Source: an uncultured virus (IMG/VR IMGVR_UViG_3300042483_000521)
Taxonomy: Duplodnaviria; Heunggongvirae; Uroviricota; Caudoviricetes
IMG/VR virus record: IMGVR_UViG_3300042483_000521
DNA length: 64,000 bases
Direction: 5' to 3' (one strand)
Every line of letters starts with the position of its first letter. Within the stretch, counting starts at the first letter, position 1. The notes under the pieces are model-generated. The model saw nothing but the letters and a program-made list of their open reading frames with translations, did not search any database and was not told the DNA's origin. Of the stretch, positions 47,301 through 55,709 are shown in pieces. The position numbers and the translations under genes are program-made.

Positions 47301-49967
47301 AATTAAATATCTAGATATGTCAAGTTCTCTTTGTTTGATTCCTTGATTATCAGGAACACCTACACCATAGTTGTAGTCAGCAATAGAGTTAAATGAGTAT
47401 GCGTAGTTTCTTCTAGTGATACCATTGACATAAATAGTCAAATAAGACTGATACGCAGTGAACATAGCTGTTGCACTAAATGGACTAGTGATAGAACCAA
47501 GTCTTGCAGAACTATCAAGAGCAGCCTTCTGTGCAGCTTCAGAGAGTAGTTTGTATTTAGCATTATCTCTAACTTCTACAAAGTGAGCTTTACCTGCACC
47601 AAACATTACACTCTCAAGCTTGAGAATATCTGCTAGGAATGGTTGACCAAATGATGTCTCTGGAGAGTTGAAGATTTGTCTGTATCTGTTCTCATCAGTG
47701 AAACCATTGAGTAGTGTTGTGCCACCACAATCTGTTCCAGATCTCACTTGTCCTATTCTTCTTATTTGAGAAGTTGCACAATCTGCTGTACATATCACTG
47801 CTGTATCAGCAACTACCTCTACAGTAACTTCTGAAGCACCAACACTTCTAACTGTTGGTCCTAAAAATCTATCATCATATGATGCTGTAAATGTAGCAAA
47901 TGCATAATCATCTAATTCATAGATATCATAGTTAGCATATCCCACTTTTCCATCACCAATAATAATTACTGGCTTTCCAACAGAGCAGATTTCATCTTCC
48001 TGTATAGAAGTATAATCTTTGTAAACAATTTTATTGTTCTCACAAGAATAATATTGAATTCTAGCTAATGGAGCACCAGTGACTGGATCAGTTCCTAAGC
48101 TAGTGATGAATACATCAAACGGCTCACACTCACTCTGGTAAGCATTGTTTGTTGTTGTAAGGAATGGATCATCATTAAGATCGTTGTAAGGATAGTTAGG
48201 GAAATAGAAAGATTGGTCTTCTCTTTGATACTCACCAACGTTTCTAAGAATACCTTTAGCTACAATAGACTTGTTAACACTTCTATCACCACGTACAATC
48301 TTAAATCCTACAATATCAGCTTTCTGATCAGATGTAAGATTTGATACTTGGATTAAATTTAATATTTGAGAAGGATCAATCTTTACACCAATAGGAAAGA
48401 CAGCATCATTCCCCATCACCATTGATTGTGATGTAGAGAAGATTTTACTTTCGTAAATAGGTGAGATGTTTACATCTGGGAACTTGTGGTGTCTGATTTT
48501 TTGTCCTGCAAGGTTTCCCCACACGTCTGTGTTGCATGGGTATTCTTCAACAGATTCCCAATAGGCAAATTCGCCAAATTGATATGGTCCTTTGTAATCA
48601 ACATTTGTTGAATATTCTGGAGAGAATCCTGTGACAGAAGCTGTGTTATAAATCTTCCAATATGGTGCATCATTAGTTATTGGATCTGGTTCTCCTATAA
48701 AGTCTGGACTAGTATCAGGAATATTTGGTAATAATTGTTCGTATGATGTAATAGCTTTTCCTGGAATGTGGAAACCATCTGTTTGTTTTCCATTCTTTAA
48801 AAGAAACACTATTTCAAAAGCATACACTTCATCACGAAGATATCCTCTTAAATTCGTTGCGTTTATTTCGTCTGCGTAGTTTTCTGTTGGAGGAATTCTC
48901 CAAGTCTCCCATAGCAAATCAATATTGTTAGCAACTTGTTGATAATTAATTCTATCAATAGATGTAAGCTGATCCCATACAAGAACATCTTGTACAGCTG
49001 TTAAGTCTTGAGCAATCTCATAAAATGGAAACTTCTCAAAGATGTCAGCAATGTCAAGAACAATTGTTGATTGACCTGTATAAGTGATTTGTCTATTGCT
49101 GTTGTTGATAAAGTATGTACCAACAAGATCAACAGATGAAACACCATTAATTGTCTTGATTACGGCAAGATTGAAATATTCAAACTGTCCAGTTGTATCA
49201 AGGTTGTCAATACTAACAACAATAGACTTTCCTACAGGATAGTTAAAGTTAACTGATGTAATAAACTCATCAGCAATGGGTGTAGGATTGGTGATTGAGT
49301 AGTAGGACGTAAATGGATTACCAGCTGGATCAGAATACTGAATAGCAAACTGGTATGTACCAGCAATAAGATTTCCACCACTAACAACGTCAGTAATTAC
49401 TATCTCAGGAATGTTAAAATTAGGCTGTAGCTTGAGTTGATTACAATCAAGATCGTCTGTATAAATTGGACTACAAAGAGGGCTTCCTGATCTTAATATT
49501 TTAGGAATGTCATCAATGTCTAAGTATCTTCTAGGATTATAGCCATCTGTCCAGTAAATCTCTGTATTACAGTTTGTGATTCTATGAACAACCTTATGTA
49601 TTGGATAATTGATATTGAAGTTTAAGCAAGGAGCATTTACTAACACTCTGTAAACACAATCATTATTATCCATGTAGCCAATTTGGCTATCTCCTGTAGT
49701 TGGATTTGTAACAAAGAATATATGTTTATTCTTTTCTACAATAAAGTGTTCACCTATGACAACAGATCCTTCAGGTACACGAATACAAAATTCGTTACCA
49801 GATTCGTTCTGATAGTTTACAGAATTAGAATCAAAGTTTTCAACAGCAGCATTAAGAGCATAAGTTAGCCTGCCTTTTTGAACTTGATTCAGTGACTGAT
49901 CAAGATTCAATCCTGTAGTGGCATTATTATACTCCTGTCTGACGTTACCTTCTTCTTGCTCAGCCAT
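44370..49967 (-). CDS. Muzzle / tail-stabilisation protein (P22 gp10-like position) with mucin-like poly-Thr, Cys-rich C-terminal extension
   Basis: 1865 aa directly after the tail ring gene. GLNLD..YALNA, IYWTDGYNPRRYLDID, GGDTFISRF and WISFHSYLP blocks, then long T/S tracts separated by Cys-rich domains. Confidence 0.7.
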   Translation of the reverse strand: MAEQEEGNVRQEYNNATTGLNLDQSLNQVQKGRLTYALNAAVENFDSNSVNYQNESGNEFCIRVPEGSVVIGEHFIVEKNKHIFFVTNPTTGDSQIGYMDNNDCVYRVLVNAPCLNFNINYPIHKVVHRITNCNTEIYWTDGYNPRRYLDIDDIPKILRSGSPLCSPIYTDDLDCNQLKLQPNFNIPEIVITDVVSGGNLIAGTYQFAIQYSDPAGNPFTSYYSITNPTPIADEFITSVNFNYPVGKSIVVSIDNLDTTGQFEYFNLAVIKTINGVSSVDLVGTYFINNSNRQITYTGQSTIVLDIADIFEKFPFYEIAQDLTAVQDVLVWDQLTSIDRINYQQVANNIDLLWETWRIPPTENYADEINATNLRGYLRDEVYAFEIVFLLKNGKQTDGFHIPGKAITSYEQLLPNIPDTSPDFIGEPDPITNDAPYWKIYNTASVTGFSPEYSTNVDYKGPYQFGEFAYWESVEEYPCNTDVWGNLAGQKIRHHKFPDVNISPIYESKIFSTSQSMVMGNDAVFPIGVKIDPSQILNLIQVSNLTSDQKADIVGFKIVRGDRSVNKSIVAKGILRNVGEYQREDQSFYFPNYPYNDLNDDPFLTTTNNAYQSECEPFDVFITSLGTDPVTGAPLARIQYYSCENNKIVYKDYTSIQEDEICSVGKPVIIIGDGKVGYANYDIYELDDYAFATFTASYDDRFLGPTVRSVGASEVTVEVVADTAVICTADCATSQIRRIGQVRSGTDCGGTTLLNGFTDENRYRQIFNSPETSFGQPFLADILKLESVMFGAGKAHFVEVRDNAKYKLLSEAAQKAALDSSARLGSITSPFSATAMFTAYQSYLTIYVNGITRRNYAYSFNSIADYNYGVGVPDNQGIKQRELDISRYLIPGVQALGDDLPINNWNRESSVFVKTNEDTTALPYPNQSPNMLSGTTSIVSDRSRFTISEIGNCSTPAKEEPIQVVSYYASLKDLIINQWGQIYSYETIDTGYQYIINSPNPSTTVFGGDTFISRFAFKTKLPFFIDNRVNAPDDSDIFYDEIGNVAYPRYWHSARSILENYSIPSQGVMANIISYKAHNFDCPNEVGTDVIVSTSTTTTTTFPPGGSGEVTPSSTITYYDGYFYLFAYGIPNFYCESSYNLDLRQAFNNREGDFWPHVSTDIPDDWVQESFVPIAQDNTYYYNTTFSKQNKENTFTHLPPDWESRLCFTNYPFRTIYSDAQNIDADNRVNNWLIYRAISYFDFPQNYGNLVSLDGIQNRAILARFENKTLLYNNLLTIDTSNPQAAYVGNPLLFRGAPPIDFAETDLGYVGSQHKMLLKIPQGQITVDAKRGQVFLVQGTQVTDLSAFGSGMNRFFVEHLPFIIYRSFPDVNIDNHFKGIGLHGVYDAVYDRVIITKLDYAPKSNNILYDSVEQEFYINNIVNGLTIRQNVSVSDEQYFCNVSWTLSFNMNTKSWISFHSYLPNFYIAENNFFYSGQNNCCEDFDFLVGTLVPNPTTTTTTSTSTSTTTTTSTTVAPLQCNITATVQQIDCSLAGIGVIVSLDCNLAGDGYIGPPTTSTTTSTTSTSTTSTTTSTTTSTTSSTTTTTTTTATPTTTTTTTTGEPTTTTTTSTSSTTTTTTTASPTTTTTTTPTPLTAECNILESAPFGGCTFVYKDENGVTITLNIPSEDVGLCFTACVSEVISDDCGFLSQGFGCLDPQCDCSPPPPTTTTTTTTIEPTTTTTTTTLEPTTTTTTTTEIPTTTTTTTTSSPYCYTITGTQDPGGECFDCPGYFQSTTNWGIEFFDGCGGTQIPAPFDINVTAHYSDSSTQSTFIPSGATGNILIASSDIQCAPLPACGEVASPTFDYADVIPVTGSISECCVGPS

Positions 49968-49973
49968 AACTTA

Positions 49974-50948
49974 TTAGTTGTTACGTCTCCTACCGTATCT
50001 ATTAGTTCTGTTAGGAAGCTCGTACATAGCAAATTTATTCAATTGTTGTCTTATTCTACGCTGCTTGGTCCAAACATCTTGCTTCTTAATTTCAATGTCT
50101 GCCATGATGAATGCTTCGTCAGAAAGACTTTTGTAATATACAAGTTTTTGCTGAAGCTGATTAAATGTTTCATCATTGGTTTGATTCACCAGCATTTCAA
50201 ACACTTTGTATTTAATGAAGTGTTCTAAATATTCTCTAATACGATAATTGTCAGGAATAAGCTGGTTTCCAAGACTGTCGTAATCTTGAGCATAGAAAAT
50301 AAGATGGACAACGCCATTTCTGAAATTCGTAACAAACTTGTTGTCTCTAATATCAAATGAATCATAAGTGGATGAACCTGGTGTAAAGTTACTAAATGGA
50401 ACAGCTGCTTGACCATACATTTCCCAGTTATCTGTATAGTTAACATCACAATGTCCTCTTGCAGAAATGTTTCCTGGCTTTAGAAGATATTGTCTTTGGT
50501 AGGTCATTGCTGTCTCATTATTTGTCTTGTAGACAGTCTGCATAAACTCAGGCATGCAAGAGCCATCACATCCTACATTTCCACAGCAAGGGCTTGGAAT
50601 AGTGCAGTCTGTAGTGATTGGGCTCACTTGTATAGTAGTTTGTGTAGATGCTTGTGAATAGAATGAGTTAGCTGTTTGATATGGAAAACCATTTATAACT
50701 GTACACATCCATGCTTCACGAACAGCATAAAAGTTATCTGGAAGTCTTGCTTCGAAGTTATCAACAACAAGAGCTGTCTCAGCTATCACATATGTGGCTC
50801 TTCCCAACTTTCTGAGACATTTGTCTAGATAGGTGGGGAATAACAAATCATCTACAGCACCTGTGTCAAAGTAGCTTTTTAATTCTTCTTTGACAGTAGA
50901 GTAGATTGGATCTGGACTTACGAAGTTAAATTTATAGTAATAGCTCAT
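49974..50948 (-). CDS. Tail tubular/ring protein (R1-like)
   Basis: Position between the HU-like gene and the muzzle matches crAss-like tail modules; ARLPDNFYAV and LIPDNYRIREYLEHFIKYK blocks. Confidence 0.6.
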   Translation of the reverse strand: MSYYYKFNFVSPDPIYSTVKEELKSYFDTGAVDDLLFPTYLDKCLRKLGRATYVIAETALVVDNFEARLPDNFYAVREAWMCTVINGFPYQTANSFYSQASTQTTIQVSPITTDCTIPSPCCGNVGCDGSCMPEFMQTVYKTNNETAMTYQRQYLLKPGNISARGHCDVNYTDNWEMYGQAAVPFSNFTPGSSTYDSFDIRDNKFVTNFRNGVVHLIFYAQDYDSLGNQLIPDNYRIREYLEHFIKYKVFEMLVNQTNDETFNQLQQKLVYYKSLSDEAFIMADIEIKKQDVWTKQRRIRQQLNKFAMYELPNRTNRYGRRRNN

Positions 50949-50950
50949 CT

Positions 50951-51430
50951 TTAATTACGATTCCATGTTGCATAAATATGTTGATACTTCTCGTCAACTT
51001 TCAAATAGTGGTTAATCAATCTAGAGTTTTGTCTCGTTGGTTTGAATAGCCACAAATCAGAAAACTTAAATCTACAAGATCTTTTAAACCACTTCCATCC
51101 AAAGAAATATCCTTCTGTGTGATAGTTGAAGTTGTAGATTACTTTTCCCTTCTCTTTAGTTTTTTTCCAGTCGATTGGAAGATTTATATACTCTTTACCA
51201 TCAACCAATGTAGCCCTCACTCTTTTCTTTTTGTTGATTGCAAAGTCTCCTATTCCACATGGGAGTTTTACTTTCTCCCCTGTTTCAAGCATGTGTTCAA
51301 CAAACATCTCATTGAAACCATAGACAACTCTCTTCCAGTCATCGAAAGAGAGGTCTATTTCAGGTTTCTCACTCTTGAAATTATTGTAGTTTTCTTTTGA
51401 GGCACTTCGCCAATCTATTGGTACTCTCAT
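50951..51430 (-). CDS. HU/IHF-like DNA-binding protein
   Basis: Basic 159-aa protein with GEKVKLPCGIGDFAINKKK (HU-fold signature), at the conserved crAss-like position. Confidence 0.7.
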   Translation of the reverse strand: MRVPIDWRSASKENYNNFKSEKPEIDLSFDDWKRVVYGFNEMFVEHMLETGEKVKLPCGIGDFAINKKKRVRATLVDGKEYINLPIDWKKTKEKGKVIYNFNYHTEGYFFGWKWFKRSCRFKFSDLWLFKPTRQNSRLINHYLKVDEKYQHIYATWNRN

Positions 51431-52155
51431 CTAAATTGTGGGGAGTTTGGTGATTGACCATCTATTCCATCATCAGTCATGTCAGTCTTCAGATTGAAAT
51501 AGCTCTGTAGAAGCTTCTGTGAGGTTAAGTCTAACACTTGCTTCTCCAAGTATCCTGGAAGAGCAAACTCTTTATCTAGAGGATTCTGACAAAGCTGGTC
51601 AGTTGTATAGCTTGGAGTTCCGCATCCACATTCAGGATACATAATATCGTTAGGTACGTCTTCTTCAAATAAAGCTACGAATCTAACAGCCTGTAATGCT
51701 GGATTGCTGACATAAAGATAACCATTTGAAATCCAGAAATACTGTTCTTTTTTAATAACAGGAAGTTTTAATAGATTTAGATAACGATTAACAGTGATCT
51801 CTTTCATCTTAGTGCCTTGTCCAGATAATGCGTTTATTGAATAAACGCCTTGGATTACATATTGATAATTTCCTTCAGATATTCTAGGAAGTTTATATGT
51901 TGATCTCGCAACAGAACAAGGATCTGCATAATTGCAGCATTCTGAGATAGGCACCTCGCACATTTCCAAACATGGAATTGTTGTAAAAAGTGTATCTGTT
52001 GCCCACAGCTTTCTAAGATTGGTTTCTCTTTTTATCAACAATAATGCATTATTTCGCACCTCAGAGGCGATTGCCCTGTCTGTGATGAGACTATCTGTTG
52101 ATATGATCTTGTGCGTTGCTCGCACATCAGATACTAATTTTCTTAATGTTGACAT
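51427..52155 (-). CDS. Tail ring protein (R2-like)
   Basis: Likely start MSTLRKLVSDV at ATG 52155 (the track's TTG start lies in a promoter motif). YFWISNGYLYV and LFEED blocks; assigned by synteny. Confidence 0.55.
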   Translation of the reverse strand: MSTLRKLVSDVRATHKIISTDSLITDRAIASEVRNNALLLIKRETNLRKLWATDTLFTTIPCLEMCEVPISECCNYADPCSVARSTYKLPRISEGNYQYVIQGVYSINALSGQGTKMKEITVNRYLNLLKLPVIKKEQYFWISNGYLYVSNPALQAVRFVALFEEDVPNDIMYPECGCGTPSYTTDQLCQNPLDKEFALPGYLEKQVLDLTSQKLLQSYFNLKTDMTDDGIDGQSPNSPQFR

Positions 52156-52188
52156 TTTGTGTTCCTGATTTTCAGAGTTATATGTACT

Positions 52189-52196
52189 CAAATTTA
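52189..52196 (-). promoter_or_regulatory. -7 promoter element TAAATTTG
   Basis: Exact TAnnTTTG just downstream of a terminator and upstream of the ring gene. Confidence 0.5.
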
Positions 52197-52211
52197 ATCA
52201 TTTTTCCAAAT

Positions 52212-52241
52212 AAAAACTCCCAGACAATAAATGCCTGGGAG
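52212..52241 (-). terminator. Intrinsic terminator
   Basis: Minus strand CTCCCAGGCA-TTTAT-TGTCTGGGAG-TTTTT. Confidence 0.85.
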
Positions 52242-52271
52242 AAACTCTACAAAACCAATAAAGTAGAGTTT
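52242..52271 (-). other. Perfect 9-bp hairpin with 12-nt loop abutting the terminator
   Basis: Minus strand AAACTCTAC-TTTATTGGTTTT-GTAGAGTTT. Confidence 0.7.
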
Positions 52272-52278
52272 ATTTAGT

Positions 52279-52929
52279 TTATGGTATTGCAGTGGTTGTA
52301 GTTGTTGTTGTAGGACATACATAAGGTATACAAGCTGGTAATGAATTTACATCATAGAATGCAGTTATTATGCCACCAGTAACTGTAACAACATAAATTG
52401 GAGGTGTTGTATAGAATGGATCTGGACTTGATGAAGGGGAATTTGGTGAATAAACATAATTTCCTGAATTAGTCAAAGGCACACCAACAGAATTGTATAA
52501 TTGAGCCCCCAATACAAACCCAACACTTGAATAATAATATAAATATCCTCCACTAACTCCAACAAGAGGATCGAAACCTTTCAACCAATCACACTTTACT
52601 TCACTTGGAGTTTTTGGAACCCAATTTACATACACTCCACAAATATTTGCTCCTATTGAAACTACCGTTGATAAAAGTGTAGGCGGTCCTGACGTAGTTG
52701 TTGTAGTAGTGGTAGCACCTATAACTACATCAATGTAATTTGTACATACTCCTGTACTAATTATTCTCACTGTTGTTGTACCAGCTGGAGCAGTTGTAGC
52801 ATATCCTGCTAACAATGTTGCTTTGCTTACACCTATAGCAAATGCAGACACAAACCCGTCAACATTTGAATAAAGATTGAATGGACCTGAATCTGCTCCA
52901 GCTGATGTAAGAGTTATAAATATGTACAT
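52279..52929 (-). CDS. Structural/decoration protein with two poly-Thr tracts
   Basis: N-terminal IFITLTSAGADSGPFNLYSNVDGF domain, ATTTTTTTS linker and C-terminal PTTTTTTTAIP. Confidence 0.65.
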   Translation of the reverse strand: MYIFITLTSAGADSGPFNLYSNVDGFVSAFAIGVSKATLLAGYATTAPAGTTTVRIISTGVCTNYIDVVIGATTTTTTTSGPPTLLSTVVSIGANICGVYVNWVPKTPSEVKCDWLKGFDPLVGVSGGYLYYYSSVGFVLGAQLYNSVGVPLTNSGNYVYSPNSPSSSPDPFYTTPPIYVVTVTGGIITAFYDVNSLPACIPYVCPTTTTTTTAIP

Positions 52930-52947
52930 GCACTTTTAGTTTAATAG

Positions 52948-53454
52948 TTAGCAAGAAGTTGCTGCACTCAACACTCCCCCACTTGATACTGTCCACTTAG
53001 TACTTAAGTTGGTTACATAAATATATCCACTGTAAGGAGTTGTTAATCCGCTATTAGTGTACAATACTACACCATTAGCTAATACAGGAGCAGACGTGTA
53101 CAATATAGGAAGCAACACAGCTGATGTACATGGACTAGCAAGATTCACCAATCCTCCTAAATACCAAGAATAATACGCAGCTCCTGTAGTTGTAGAAGTT
53201 GTGGTGCTGGTTGTGGACGTACTAGTTGTTGATGTAGTTGGTGGTGTAGGTGTAATTATTTCCTTAATGGCTAAAATTTGTGCATCAATTATTTGAAGAA
53301 TTTCTGTCAAGTCATCACAACTCTGTATTCCTGTTCCTGGAAGATTTGGACCAACATATTTTACTTGTGATGTTGATAGTAAATCATTTCCAGGATCACT
53401 ACAACCACAAGGATCAAGTGCTCCACATCCTAAACATTTATTATTAGTTACCAT
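52948..53454 (-). CDS. Short fibre-like protein with Cys-rich N-terminus and Thr/Ser tract
   Basis: Likely start MVTNNKCLGC at ATG 53454, just after the upstream stop. VKYVGPNLPGTGI module and PPTTSTTSTSTTSTTTSTTT tract. Confidence 0.65.
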   Translation of the reverse strand: MVTNNKCLGCGALDPCGCSDPGNDLLSTSQVKYVGPNLPGTGIQSCDDLTEILQIIDAQILAIKEIITPTPPTTSTTSTSTTSTTTSTTTGAAYYSWYLGGLVNLASPCTSAVLLPILYTSAPVLANGVVLYTNSGLTTPYSGYIYVTNLSTKWTVSSGGVLSAATSC

Positions 53455-53458
53455 AGTC

Positions 53459-54607
53459 TTATGGGATATACATGATATAGTAAGCACCAATTGTAGGCTG
53501 GATGTTGTTATGGGATAGTCCACCACCTGCTACGTCAACAACTACATTAGTTGTAACATTTACTGTTGCATTGTTAGTTGGTCCTCTATCATGAGTTCCT
53601 GATATACTTTTTAATGAATATGAAAATCTATCTGGTGAGCCAATGCTACCAGGCACATCATAGTATGTAACAAGAGGTGAAGTAGCTGTTAGATCTCCAA
53701 TATTTGCAGAACCAGTCTTAGCAATAAGGTGATTATGAGGATCAGCTGTTGATGTAGCTGTAGCTGTGTGCGTGTGAGAAGGGATTTGAGTAGCTGATAA
53801 GGTTACATTGTTCAAACCTGCTACACCAAATAGTGAATAACTTGGATTACCTGCTGTAGATGGATTAACTATAGAACTCATTGGTATACTTCCAGCCATA
53901 CTTCCATCTGTAGTTCCTACAGCAACACGTCCTCTCTTATCTGGTGTACCATTACTACCATTACACAAAAACACATCTATAAATTGTCCAGTACCTGCTC
54001 CTGTAATATCAAAACCTGTAAGAAGACCATAATACTCATAAGCAACATAAGGAACCATCTTGTTCTTGTACAAGTTAGATGGAGCAATGCTGTCTAGATA
54101 TGCTTGAATGAGCGTATTCAAATCAGCCAGTTTAACATAGTTTGTATCAACCTCAGCTTCTAGTGCTGTTAAGCCAGCAGCTGTTGAACACAGCTTGTTA
54201 ATAGCTGCTTGGAGAATGTCATGTGTATCAGACGATGCTGTTACACCTGTAAGACATCCAATTGTGTAATTGGCATTAAGGGTGGCGAGCGTTGCGTCAA
54301 TTGCCGTAACATTGGTTTTTAAAGCACAAATTGACTGCAACAATGCTGATATAACATCATTAAGTGTGATGTCACCAGACACTGGAAGAAATCCACTCAC
54401 CAATGGGCAGAGATCAGCTGGATCAATAACAGGAATGATTCCATTACCTGTAGACAAGTCTATGATAAATGTTGAAATTTGTAATTCAACAAAAGCGAGA
54501 GTATCGCCATTAGAAATACCAAGAGCAGGAATACCATATCCTGTATATCTTACGCACTGATCAGATATGATTTCTGTGCATCCGTTAAAGCAATTAGAGC
54601 AGCTCAT
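53459..54607 (-). CDS. Tail fibre protein with collar-like domain
   Basis: FLCNGSNGTPDKRGRVAVG...VTLSATQIPSHTH...GGGLSHNNIQP is typical of phage tail-collar/fibre-tip domains. Cys-rich N-terminal CVRYTG module. Confidence 0.75.
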   Translation of the reverse strand: MSCSNCFNGCTEIISDQCVRYTGYGIPALGISNGDTLAFVELQISTFIIDLSTGNGIIPVIDPADLCPLVSGFLPVSGDITLNDVISALLQSICALKTNVTAIDATLATLNANYTIGCLTGVTASSDTHDILQAAINKLCSTAAGLTALEAEVDTNYVKLADLNTLIQAYLDSIAPSNLYKNKMVPYVAYEYYGLLTGFDITGAGTGQFIDVFLCNGSNGTPDKRGRVAVGTTDGSMAGSIPMSSIVNPSTAGNPSYSLFGVAGLNNVTLSATQIPSHTHTATATSTADPHNHLIAKTGSANIGDLTATSPLVTYYDVPGSIGSPDRFSYSLKSISGTHDRGPTNNATVNVTTNVVVDVAGGGLSHNNIQPTIGAYYIMYIP

Positions 54608-54874
54608 TTATTTATATTTTAGAAGTTTTACTTTACTAGCTATTTGACATACGCTAAACTCTTTAGCGTAATCTGGGTTACAATACTTATATGTCAGGAT
54701 TCTTCTGTAGTTAAGAAGATCTATCATTGTTGTATATGGAACAGGCATATTCAATGCAAACACAGTGTTGTTGTAAAGATTCTTTGCAACTTCTGTAATC
54801 TTGCATTCAATATCACCTAATAATGTTGGAATATCAACACATTCAGGACAAGATGTTAATCTAGGTTGTAACAT
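54608..54874 (-). CDS. Small Cys-containing tail protein (tail-hub-like)
   Basis: 88-aa ORF in the tail operon; assignment by position only. Confidence 0.45.
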   Translation of the reverse strand: MLQPRLTSCPECVDIPTLLGDIECKITEVAKNLYNNTVFALNMPVPYTTMIDLLNYRRILTYKYCNPDYAKEFSVCQIASKVKLLKYK

Positions 54875-54897
54875 ACTTATTTATTTTTAGAAGATGT

Positions 54898-55050
54898 TTA
54901 TACTAATCTTTCTAGTTCGATTCTATCAGTAGTGGTTGGTTGCACAACTTTGATTTCCTCTTTTTTCTTATTTGCACAGAATGCACACATCCCATTTTTA
55001 AGATTGCATCCACACCCAACACTTGCTCCGCAGCTTAAACACTTTGCCAT
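54898..55050 (-). CDS. 50-aa Cys-rich putative metal-binding protein
   Basis: Not in the track. Manual translation MAKCLSCGASVGCGCNLKNGMCAFCANKKKEEIKVVQPTTTDRIELERLV* (CxxC, CxC, CxxC). It fills the gap exactly. Confidence 0.75.
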   Translation of the reverse strand: MAKCLSCGASVGCGCNLKNGMCAFCANKKKEEIKVVQPTTTDRIELERLV

Positions 55051-55051
55051 A

Positions 55052-55621
55052 TTAATAATACGTTGTTACTGTTGCATAATTATTTCCTGAACATCCACAG
55101 TTATTTCTTAAGAAGTTGTTCAACATTTTGTCAGCTTGAAGATACAATCTATTTGCTTCAACTGTAGCACAATTATTTGCAGCTGCTATAGCCCCATTAA
55201 TAAAAAATGATATAGTTGTAAGCTCTACCTTAGCTTGTGTTTTAATTGCTCTATCGCACTCCATCATGTCAAGTTTCATAAATGCTCCATCAAACTTCTC
55301 CTGAATTCTCTCAGTACGCATGATAGTTCTCTCAACATAGTTTATATATGCTGGAGCCACTGAATACTTCAGATAATAAATGCCATCAGGAAGAGGATCA
55401 TTTGTCCCAACTGGTGTAATTCCTAGATTAGAGGATGATAATACATTTATCTGGTTAACGACAAATGGAACATTTACTATTCCAAAGTTTGGAACATTAA
55501 CTTCCAAGTTTGGAGCAGTTACACTTGGTGGTGTAGTTGGATATGTAGATGCGTCAGCAACAGCCATTGTTAGCGTGTTGTATGTTGGCACTACAAGTAT
55601 GTCTAGTTGCAGAGTTGGCAT
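55052..55621 (-). CDS. Tail hub-like structural protein
   Basis: 189 aa: beta-rich N-terminus with LPDGIYYLKYSVAP and helical C-terminus ending CGC. Follows the auxiliary capsid gene. Confidence 0.55.
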   Translation of the reverse strand: MPTLQLDILVVPTYNTLTMAVADASTYPTTPPSVTAPNLEVNVPNFGIVNVPFVVNQINVLSSSNLGITPVGTNDPLPDGIYYLKYSVAPAYINYVERTIMRTERIQEKFDGAFMKLDMMECDRAIKTQAKVELTTISFFINGAIAAANNCATVEANRLYLQADKMLNNFLRNNCGCSGNNYATVTTYY

Positions 55622-55630
55622 GGGAGTTAT

Positions 55631-55680
55631 AAAGAAAATGCCAGAGGACTTTGAGAACTAATCCTCTCACCCTCTGGCAT
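55631..55680 (-). terminator. Long bulged terminator-like hairpin after the auxiliary capsid gene
   Basis: Minus strand ATGCCAGAGGG-TGAGAG-GATTAG-TTCTCA-AAG-TCCTCTGGCAT-TTTCTTT. Confidence 0.7.
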
Positions 55681-55709
55681 AGGTTGTAGAAATTTTAACT
55701 TACCTACTA

